From the human T2T-CHM13v2.0 reference genome, Homo sapiens, in assembly GCF_009914755.1 (NCBI RefSeq), contig NC_060948.1: 64,000 nucleotides of DNA; one strand, 5' to 3'. This document shows positions 53,315 to 64,000 of the stretch, one piece after another. Numbering within the stretch: the first letter of the stretch is position 1; each line of letters opens with the position of its first letter. A program made the translations under genes and the position numbers. The notes beneath the pieces were generated by a model. The model saw only the letters and a program-made list of their open reading frames with translations, was not told where the DNA came from and made no database searches.

Positions 53315-56300
53315 TTCGAATCCTTTCTATAGCAGTCCATTCCATTCGAGTCCATTCCAATCCCTTCCATTCCATTCCATTACAGTCCATTCCAATAGAT
53401 TCCATTCCTTTGCCTTCCATTCGAATCCATTCCATTCTAGTCCATTCCATTTGAGTCAATTCCATTCCATTCCATTCTATTCCTTTCCAATCCATTCGAT
53501 TCCATTCGATTCAATTCCATTTGATTCTCTTTCATTCTATTTTATTCCATGCCATTTGATTGCATTGCATTCCATTCCGTTTGATTCCAGTCCATTCAAG
53601 AAAGTTCCATTCCAGTCCATTGCTTTCCAGTCCATTCAATTCCACTCTAGTCTATTCCACTCCATTCCTTTCCATTCCATTCCATACTATTCCATTCCAT
53701 TCCTTTGCATTCCGTTTCCAATCTATTCGAGTCCATTGCATTCCAGTCCAATCCATTCCATTACATTCCTTTTGATTCCATGCCAGTCGATTGCATTGCA
53801 TACTACACCATTCCAAAGGAGTCCATTCCATTCTATCTCAACACTTTCCATTGCACTCTGTTCGAGTCCAGTCCATTTAATTCAAGGGCATTCCATTCCA
53901 TTCCATTCCATTCCATTCCATTTCATATTATTCCATTCCATTCAATTCCTTTCCAGATGATTCCATTCCATTCTATACCATTGCTCTCTGTTCCATTCCA
54001 TTCCATCTGTCTCCATTCCTTTCGTTTCGATTCCTTTCCATTCCATTCCATTACATTTGATCCTATTTTATTAAATTGCATTCTATTCGAGTGATTTCCA
54101 TTCGAGTCCTTTCCATTCGATTCCATTCCATTCTATTCCATTCCTTTGGATTCCATTCCATTCCGTTCCGTTCACATCAATTCCTTGCGATTCCATTACA
54201 TTCGATTTCTTGCCATTCGATTCCATTCCTTTTGACTCCATTTCATTCGATTCCATTCCATTCCATTAATTTCCATTCCATTCGAGACCTTTCCATTGCA
54301 GTCTTTTCCCTTCGAGTCCATTCCGTTCGATTCCCTTCCATTCGATTCCATTCCATTGGAGTCCGTACCAGTCGAGTCCATTCTATTCCAGTCCATTAGT
54401 TTCGACTCCATTGCATTCGAGTGCATTCCATTCCGTGGCTGTCCATTCCATTCCGTTTGATGCCATTCCATACGATTCCATTCAATTCGAGACCATTCTA
54501 TTCCTGTCCATTCCTTGTGGTTCGATTCCATTTCACTCTAGTCCATTCCATTCCATTCAATTCCATTCGACTCTATTCCGTTCCATTCAATTCCATTCCA
54601 TTCGATTCCATTTTTTTCGAGAACCTTCCATTACACTCCCTTCCATTCCAGTGCATTCCATTCCAGTCTCTTCAGTTCGATTCCATTCCATTCGTTTCGA
54701 TTCCTTTCCATTCCAGCCCATTCCATTCCATTCCATTCCTTTCCTTTCCGTTTCATTAGATTCCATTTCATTCGATTCCAATCAATTCAATTCCGTGCTA
54801 TTCAATTTGATTCATTTCCATTTAATTCCATTCCATTAGATTCCATTCCGTACGATTCCATTCCTTTGGAATCCATTCCATTGGAGTCCATTCACTTCCA
54901 GAACATTCCATTCCAGTCGAATCCATTCGAGTACATTCCATTAAAGTTCATTACATTCTAATACATTCCATTCCATTGCATTCCATTCCATTCCATTCGA
55001 TGCCATTCGATTCCATTCCATGCCAAATCATTGCATTCCTTTCCATTCCGTTCCTATCAATTCCATTCCATTCGATTTAGTTCGATTCTATTCACTTCCA
55101 TTCCATTCGATTCCATTCCATTGGAGTCAATTCCTTTCGACACAAAGCCTTTCCAGTCAATGATTTTGGATTCCATTTTTTTGCATTCCATTACATTCTA
55201 TGACATTCGATTCCGTTTCATTGCATTCCATTCCACATATTTTTATTCCATTCGAGACCGTAGCATTCCACTTTATTCCAGGCCTGTCCATTACACTACA
55301 TTCCCTTCCATTCCAATGAATTCCATTCCATTCCAATCCATTCCTTTCCTTTCGCTTGCATTCCATTCTATTCTCTTCTACTGTATACAATTTCACTCCA
55401 TTCGTTCCCATTCCATTCAATTCCATTCCATTCAATTCCATTCCATTTGTTTCCATTCTCTTCGATTCCATTTCTTTATATTCCATGCCATTCGACTCCA
55501 TTCTATTGGATTGCATTACATTCGTGTTCATTCCATTCCAGACCATTCCATTAGTCTCCATTCCTTTCGAGCCCTTTCAATTTGAGTCCATTCCTTTCCA
55601 GTCCATTTCACTCCAGTCCATTACTGTCCATTCCATACCATTCCATCCCATTCAATTCCATTCCATTCCATTCCATTCCATTCCATTCCATTCCATTCCA
55701 TTGCACTGCACTCCATTCCATTACATTCTACTCTATCTGAGTCGATTTTATTGCATTAGATTCTATTCCATTGGATTACTTTCCATTCGATTACATTCCA
55801 TTCATGTACATTCCATTCCAGTCAATTACATTCGAGTTCATTACATTACATTCCAGTATATTCCATTGTATTCGATCCCATTCCTTTCAATTCCATTTCA
55901 TTCGACTCCATTATATTCGATTCCATTCCACTCGAATCCATTCCATTAGAGGACATTCCATTCCAATGCATTCCATTCCATTCCATAGCATTCCATTGCA
56001 TTCGATTCCATTCCATTTGATGCCATTCCATTTGATGCCATTCCATGACATTCCATTCCATTCGAGTCCATTCCGTTCCAATTCATTCCATTCCGTTTCA
56101 TGAAATTCGAGTCCTTTCCAGTACATTTCATTCCAATCCCATCCAATCCAATCTACTCCATTCAATTCCTTTCCATTCCATTTGATTTGATTCCATTGAT
56201 TTGATTCCATTCAGTTTGATTCCATTCCGTGAAATTTCGTTCCATTCTATTCCATTGCATTACTTTCCATTCAATTCCATTCCATTTCATTTCAGTCCAT

Positions 56301-56858
56301 TCGCTTCCTTTCCTTTCGATTCAATTCCATTTGATTCCACTCCATTCTATGCGATTTCATTCCAATCGATTCAATTCCATTCGATGACATTCCTTTCGTT
56401 TCCATTCCATTCGAGACCATTCAATTTGAGCATTCGTGTCCATTCTATTCGAGTCCATTCCATTACCGTCTATTCTATTCCCTTCCATTCCTGTTGATTC
56501 AATTTCATTCCCTTCCATTCGATTCCTTTCCATTCGATTCCATTCCTTTCCATTCCATTCCATTCGTTCCCATTCCATGTGATTTCATTCCATTCCAGTC
56601 CATTATATTCGAGTCCACTCCACTCCATTCTATTACATTCAATTCCTTTTGAGTCCGTTCCATAACACTCCATTCATTTCGATTCCATTTCTTGCCAGTT
56701 TTCTTCCATTTTATTCCATTCCGTTCGATTCCATTCCATTCGATTGCATTCCATTCGAATCCTTTCCATTCCATTTCATTCCATTCCTTTCTATTCCATT
56801 CCATTTCATTCGATTTGATTCCATTCTGTTCTATTCCATTCAATTCTTTTTCATTCCA
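53315..56858 (+). repeat. DYZ1 unit U16 (3544 bp)
   Basis: Anchor variant TTCGAATCCTTTCTATAGCAG at 53315; HaeIII at 55281; 10-bp deletion near 53870. Confidence 0.92.
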
Positions 56859-59800
56859 TTCGAATCCTTTCTATTGCAGTCCATTCCATTCGAGTCCATT
56901 CCAATCCCTTCCATTCCATTCCATTACAGTCCATTCCAAAAGATTCCATTCCTTTGCCTTCCATTCGAATCCATTCCATTCTAGTCCATTCCATTTGAGT
57001 CCATTCCATTCCATTCCATTCTATTCCTTTCCAATCCATTCGATTCCATTCGATTCAATTCCATTTGATTCTCTTTCATTCTATTTTATTCCATGCCATT
57101 TGATTGCATTGCATTCCATTCCGTTTGATTCCAGTCCATTCAAGAAAGTTCCATTCCAGTCCATTGCTTTCCAGTCCATTCCATTCCACTCTAGTCTATT
57201 CCACTCCATTCCTTTCCATTCCATTCCATACTATTCCATTCCATTCCTTTGCATTCCGTTTCCAATCTATTCGAGTCCATTGCATTCCAGTCCAATCCAT
57301 TCGATTACATTCCTTTTGATTCCCTGCCAGTCGATTGCATTGCATACTAGACCATTCCAAAGGAGTCCATTCCATTCTATCTCAACACTTTCCATTCCAC
57401 TCTGTTCGAGTCCATTCCATTCCAGTCCATTAAATTCAAGGGCATTCCATTCCATTCCATTTCATTCCATTTCATATTATTCCATTCCATTCAATTCCAT
57501 TCCAGATGATTCCATTCCATTCTATACCATTGCTCTCTGTTCCATTCCATTCCATCTGTCTCCATTCCTTTCGTTTCGATTCCTTTCCATTCCATTCCAT
57601 TACATTTGATCCTATTTTATTAAATTGCATTCTATTCGAGTGATTTCCATTCGAGTCCTTTCCATTCGATTCCATTCCATTCTATTCCATTCCTTTGGAT
57701 TCCATTCCATTCCGTTCCGTTCACATCAATTCCTTGCGATTCCATTACATTCGATTTCTTGCCATTCGATTCCATTCCTTTTGACTCCATTTCATTCGAT
57801 TCCATTCCATTCCATTAATTTCCATTCCATTCGAGACCTTTCCATTGCAGTCTTTTCCCTTCGAGTCCATTCCGTTCGATTCCCTTCCATTCGATTCCAT
57901 TCCATTGGAGTCCGTACCAGTCGAGTCCATTCTATTCCAGTCCATTAGTTTCGACTCCATTGCATTCGAGTGCATTCCATTCCGTGGCTGTCCATTCCAT
58001 TCCGTTTGATGCCATTCCATACGATTCCATTCAATTCGAGACCATTCTATTCCTGTCCATTCCTTGTGGTTCGATTCCATTTCACTCTAGTCCATTCCAT
58101 TCCATTCAATTCCATTCGACTCTATTCCGTTCCATTCAATTCCATTCCATTCGATTCCATTTTTTTCGAGAACCTTCCATTCCAGTGCATTCCATTCCAG
58201 TCTCTTCAGTTCGATTCCATTCCATTCATTTCGATTCCTTTCCATTCCAGCCCATTCCATTCCATTCCATTCCTTTCCTTTCCGTTTCATTAGATTCCAT
58301 TGCATTCCATTCCATTCAATTCAATTCCGTGCTATTCAATTTGATTCATTTCCATTTAATTCCATTCCATTAGATTCCATTCCGTACGATTCCATTCCTT
58401 TGGAATCCATTCCATTGGAGTCCATTCACTTCCAGAACATTCCATTCCAGTCGAATCCATTCGAGTACATTCCATTAAAGTTCATTACATTCTAATACAT
58501 TCCATTCCATTGCATTCCATTCCATTCCATTCGATGCCATTCGATTCCATTCCATGCCAAATCATTGCATTCCTTTCCATTCCGTTCCTATCAATTCCAT
58601 TCCATTCGATTTAGTTCGATTCTATTCACTTCCATTCCATTCGATTCCATTCCATTGGAGTCAATTCCTTTCGACACCCAGCCTTTCCAGTCAATGATTT
58701 TGGATTCCATTTTTTTGCATTCCATTACATTCTATGACATTCGATTCCGTTTCATTGCATTCCATTCCATACATTTTTATTCCATTCGAGACCGTAGCAT
58801 TCCACGTTATTCCAGACCTGTCCATTACACTACATTCCCTTCCATTCCAATGAATTCCATTCCATTCCAATCCATTCCTTTCCTTTCGCTTGCATTCCAT
58901 TCTATTCCCTTCTACTGCATACAATTTCACTCCATTCGTTCCCATTCCATTCAATTCCATTCCATTCAATTCCATTCCATTTGTTTCCATTCTCTTCGAT
59001 TCCATTTCTTTATATTCCATGCCATTCGATTCCATTCTATTGGATTGCATTACATTCGTGTTCATTCCATTCCAGACCATTCCATTTGACTCCATTCCTT
59101 TCGAGCCCTTTCAATTTGAGTCCATTACTTTCCAGTCCATTTCACTCCAGTCCATTACTATCCATTCCATACCATTCCATCCCATTCCATTAAATTCCAT
59201 TCCATTCCATTCCATTCCATTCCATTGCATTCCATTCCATTCCATTCCATTGCACTGCACTCCATTCCATTACATTCTACTCTATTTGAGTCGATTTTAT
59301 TGCATTAGATTCTATTCCATTGGATTACTTTCCATTCGATTACATTCCATTCATGTACATTCCATTCCAGTCAATTACATTCGAGTTCATTACATTACAT
59401 TCCAGTATATTCCATTGTATTCGATCCCATTCTTTTCAATTCCATTTCATTCGACTCCATTATATTCGATTCCATTCCACTCGAATCCATTCCATTAGAG
59501 GACATTCCATTCCAATGCATTCCATTCCATTCCATAGCATTCCATTGCATTCGATTCCATTCCATTTGATGCCATTCCATTTGATGCCATTCCATGACAT
59601 TCCATTCCATTCGAGTCCATGCCGTTCCAATTCATTCCATTCCGTTTCATGAAATTCGAGTCCTTTCCAGTACATTTCATTCCAATCCCATCCAATCCAA
59701 TCTACTCCATTCAATTCCTTTCCATTCCATTTGATTTGATTCCATTGATTTGATTCCATTCAGTTTGATTCCATTCCGTGAAATTTCGTTCCATTCTATT

Positions 59801-60407
59801 CCATTGCATTAATTTCCATTCAATTCCATTCCATTTCATTTCAGTCCATTCGCTTCCTTTCCTTTCGATTCAATTCCATTTGATTCCACTCCATTCTATG
59901 CGATTTCATTCCAATCGATTCAATTCCATTCGATGACATTCCTTTCGTTTCCATTCCATTCGAGTCCATTCAATTTGAGCATTCGTGTCCATTCAATTCG
60001 AGTCCATTCCATTACCGTCTATTCTATTCCCTTCCATTCCTGTTGATTCAATTTCATTCCCTTCCATTCGATTCCTTTCCATTCAATTCCATTCCTTTCC
60101 ATTCCATTCCATTCGTTCCCATTCCATGTGATTTCATTCCATTCCAGTCCATTATATTCGAGTCCACTCCACTCCATTCTATTACATTCAATTCCTTTTG
60201 GGTCCGTTCCATAACACTCCATTCATTTCGATTCCATTTCTTGCCAGTTTTCTTCCATTTTATTCCATTCCGTTCGATTCCATTCCATTCGATTGCATTC
60301 CATTCGAATCCTTTCCATTCCATTTCATTCCATTCCTTTCTATTCCATTCCATTTCATTCGATTTGATTCCATTCTGTTCTATTCCATTCAATTCTTTTT
60401 CATTCCA
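56859..60407 (+). repeat. DYZ1 unit U17 (3549 bp)
   Basis: Anchor at 56859; HaeIII lost (GACC at 58815); same 15-bp deletion as U14 (~58180). Confidence 0.92.
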
Positions 60408-63400
60408 TTCGAATCCTTTCTATTGCATTCCATTCCATTCGAGTCCATTCCAATCCCTTCCATTCCATTCCATTACAGTCCATTCCAATAGATTCCATTC
60501 CTTTGCCTTCCATTCGAATCCATTCCATTCTAGTCCATTCCATTTGAGTCAATTCCATTCCATTCCATTCTATTCCTTTCCAATCATTCGATTCCATTCG
60601 ATTCAATTCCATTTGATTCTCTTTCATTCTATTTCATTCCATGCCATTTGATTGCATTGCATTCCATTCCGTTTGATTCCAGTCCATTCAAGAAAGTTCC
60701 ATTCCAGTCCATTTCTTTCCAGTCCATTCCATTCCACTCTAGTCTATTCCACTCCATTCCTTTCCATTCCATTCCATACTATTCCATTCCATTCCTTTGC
60801 ATTCCGTTTGCAATCTATTCGAGTCCATTGCATTCCAGTCCAATCCATTCGATTACATTCCTCTTGATTCCCAGCCAGTCGATTGCATTGCATACTAGAC
60901 CATTCCAAACGAGTCCATTCCATTCTATCTCAACACTTTCCATTCCACTCTGTTCGAGTCCATTCCATTCCAGTCCATTTAATTCAAGGGTATTCCATTC
61001 CATTCCATTCCATTTCATATTTTTCCATTCCATTCAATTCCATTCCAGATGATTCCATTCCATTCTATACCATTGCTTTCTGTTCCATTCCATTCCATCT
61101 GTCTCCATTCCTTTCGTTTCGATTCCTTTCCATTCCATTCCATTACATTTGGTACTATTTTATTAAATTGCATTCTATTCGAGTGATTTCCATTCGAGTC
61201 CTTTCCATTCGATTCCATTCCATTCTATTCCATTCCTTTGGATTCCATTCCATTCCGTTCCGTTCACATCAATTCCTTGCGATTCCATTACATTCGATTT
61301 CTTGCCATTCGATTCCATTCCTTTTGACTCCATTTCATTCGATTCCATTCCATTCCAATAATTTCCATTCCATTCGAGACCTTTCCATTGCAGTCTTTTC
61401 CCTTCGAGTCCATTCCGTTCGATTCCCTTCCATTCGATTCCATTCCATTGGAGTCCGTACCAGTCGAGTCCATTCTATTCCAGTCCATTAGTTTCGACTC
61501 CATTGCATTCGAGTGCATTCCATTCCGTGGCTGTCCATTCCATTCCGTTTGATGCCATTCCATACGATTCCATTCAATTCGAGACCATTCTATTCCTGTC
61601 CATTCCTTGTGGTTCGATTCCATTTCACTCTAGTCCATTCCATTCCATTCAATTCCATTCGACTCTATTCCGTTCCATTCAATTCCATTCCATTCGATTC
61701 CATTTTTTTCGAGAACCTTCCATTACACTCCCTTCCATTCCAGTGCATTCCATTCCAGTCTCTTCAGTTCGATTCCATTCCATTCGTTTCGATTCCTTTC
61801 CATTCCAGCCCATTCCATTCCATTCCATTCCTTTCCTTTCCATTTCATTAGATTCCATTGCATTCGATTCCATTCAATTCAATTCCATGCTATTCAATTT
61901 GATTCATTTCCATTTAATTCCATTCCATTAGATTCCATTCCGTACGATTCCATTCCTTTTGAATCCATTCCATTGCAGTCCATTCACTTCCAGAACATTC
62001 CATTCCAGTCGAATCCATTGGAGTACATTCCATTAAAGTTCATTACATTCTAATACGTTCCATTCCATTGCATTCCATTCCATTCCATTCGATGCCATTA
62101 GATTCCATTCCGTGCCAAATCATTGCATTCCTTTCCATTCCGTTCCTATCAGTTCCATTCCATTCGATTTAGTTCGATTCTATTCACTTCCACTCCATTC
62201 GATTCCATTCCATTGGAGTCAATTCCTTTCGACACCCAGCCTTTCCAGTCAATGATTTTGGATTCCATTTTTTTGCATTCCATTACATTCTATGACATTC
62301 GATTCCGTTTCATTGCATTCCATTCCATACATTTTTATTCCATTCGAGACCGTAGCATTCCACTTTATTCCAGGCCTGTCCATTACACTACATTCCCTTC
62401 CATTCCAATGAATTCCATTCCATTCCAATCCATTCCTTTCGTTTCGCTTGCATTCCATTCTATTCCCTTCTACTGCATACAATTTCACTCCATTCGTTCC
62501 CATTCCATTCAATTCCATTCCATTCAATTCCATTCCATTTGTTTCCATTCTCTTCGATTCCATTTCTTTATATTCCATGCCATTCGATTCCATTCTATTG
62601 GATTGCATTACATTCGTGTTCATTCCATTCCAGACCATTCCATTTGACTCCATTCCTTTCGAGCCCTTTCAATTTGAGTCCATTCCTTTCCAGTCCATTT
62701 CACTCCAGTCCATTACTATCCATTCCATACCATTCCATCCCATTCCATTCCATTCCATTCCATTCCATTCCATTCCATTCCATTCCATTCCATTCTATTC
62801 CATTCCATTGCATTGCACTGCACTCCATTCCATTACACTCTACTCTATCTGAGTCGGTTTTATTGCATTAGATTCTATTCCATTGGATTACTTTCCATTC
62901 GATTACATTCCATTCATGTACATTCCATTCCAGTCAATTACATTCGAGTTCATTACATTACATTCCAGTATATTCCATTGTATTCGATCCCATTCCTTTC
63001 AATTCCATTTCCTTCGACTCCATTATATTCGATTCCATTCCACTCGAATCCATTCCATTAGAGGACATTCCATTCCAATGCATTCCATTCCATTCCATAG
63101 CATTCCATTGCATTCGATTCCATTCCATTTGATGCCATTCCATTTGATGCCATTCCATGACATTCCATTCCATTCGAGTCCATTCCGTTCCAATTCATTC
63201 CATTCCGTTTCATGAAATTCGAGTCCTTTCCAGTACATTTCATTCCAATCCCATACAATCCAATCTACTCCATTCAATTCCTTTCCATTCCATTTGATTT
63301 GATTCCATTGATTTGATTCCATTCAGTTTGATTCCATTCCGTGAAATTTCGTTCCATTCTATTCCATTGCATTACTTTCCATTCAATTCCATTCCATTTC

Positions 63401-63970
63401 ATTTCAGTCCATTCGCTTCCTTTCCTTTCGATTCAATTCCATTTGATTCCACTCCATTCTATGCGATTTCATTCCAATCGATTCAATTCCATTCGATGAC
63501 ATTCCTTTCGTTTCCATTCCATTCGAGTCCATTCAATTTGAGCATTCGTCTTCATTCTATTCGAGTCCATTCCATTACCGTCTATTCTATTCCCTTCCAT
63601 TCCTGTTGATTCAATTTCATTCCCTTCCATTCGATTCCTTTCCATTCGATTCCATTCCTTTCCATTCCATTCCATTCGTTCCCATTCCATGTGATTTCAT
63701 TCCATTCCAGTCCATTATATTCGAGTCCACTCCACTCCATTCTATTACATTCAATTCCTTTTGAGTCCGTTCCATAACACTCCATTCCTTTCGATTCCAT
63801 TTCTTGCCTGTTTTCTTCCATTTTATTCCATTCCGTTCGATTCCATTCCATTCGATTGCATTTCATTCGAATCCTTTCCATTCCATTTCATTCCATTCCT
63901 TTCCATTCCATTCCATTTCATTCGATTTGATTCCATTCTGTTCTATTCCATTCAATTCTTTTTCATTCCA
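60408..63970 (+). repeat. DYZ1 unit U18 (3563 bp)
   Basis: Anchor at 60408; HaeIII at 62373; next anchor (same CTATAGCAG variant as U16) at 63971. Confidence 0.92.
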
Positions 63971-64000
63971 TTCGAATCCTTTCTATAGCAGTCCATTCCA

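Larger units (their letters stand above)
1..64000. repeat. DYZ1: Human Satellite III tandem array, DYZ1 family (Yq12 heterochromatin, ~3.55-kb HaeIII/EcoRI unit); C/T-rich strand on +
   Basis: Continuous degenerate TTCCA pentamers. Landmarks (TTCAAGGGCATT, GAGACCGTAGC, TAGAGGACA, TCCAGGCCTGTCC) recur every ~3554 bp. One HaeIII GGCC and one EcoRI GAATTC per canonical unit. Contains TCCACTTTATTCCAGGCCTGTCC and CCATTCGTTCCCATTCCATTCAA, which I recall as the DYZ1 Y1.1/Y1.2 sexing-primer sites. Confidence 0.95.

Noticed and set aside
1-63976. Short palindromes (TTCGAA, CGTACG, TTTCATGAAA, TCTAG) as hairpins or terminators
   Set aside because: They are too short, arise readily from pentamer substitutions, and have no stem-loop plus U-tract structure.
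227-63988. Hundreds of ORFs (up to 318 aa; 'HSIPF' on +, 'MEWNG' on -)
   Set aside because: They are direct translations of (CATTC)n, which has no stop codon in any frame. They recur once per unit, are broken freely by indels and show no domain-like sequence.
1-64000. CRISPR-like repeat-spacer array or other prokaryotic defence system
   Set aside because: There are no unique spacers or cas-like genes. All the sequence is pentamer-derived and repeats at ~3.55 kb.
1-64000. DYZ2 (Alu-containing) units, Alu/L1 insertions or inversions
   Set aside because: No GC-rich Alu sequence, poly(A) tail, AT-only block or strand switch was seen. The window lies inside a DYZ1 block.
1-64000. HSat2 or a non-Y HSat3 array
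   Set aside because: It lacks the recurring HSat2 CATTCGATTC...GATGATTCC 23/26-bp pattern. The 3.55-kb period, single HaeIII site and primer-site matches fit DYZ1. No database search was run.

Overview
The whole window is one uninterrupted, head-to-tail array of human Satellite III DNA: a degenerate (TTCCA/CATTC)n pentamer with a ~3.55-kb higher-order unit. It is best identified as DYZ1 from Yq12 heterochromatin. It holds 18 complete units (1-63970, each 3534-3573 bp, mean ~3554) plus 30 bp of a 19th. All units are in the same orientation, and I saw no Alu, L1, DYZ2 insertion or inversion. No protein-coding gene is supported; every ORF in the track is a translation of the pentamer. I found no new gene-encoded system. 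The structure worth attention is within and between units: (1) three perfect in-register heat-shock elements per unit; (2) a three-allele 15-bp locus that switches an AP-1 site on or off; (3) nested recent duplications of 1, 2, 3 and 4 units, including an A-B-C-A-C-B shuffle and a ~10.66-kb three-unit repeat; (4) HaeIII and EcoRI site gains and losses; (5) indels that mostly keep the pentamer phase. Variants were read by eye, not from a computed alignment.
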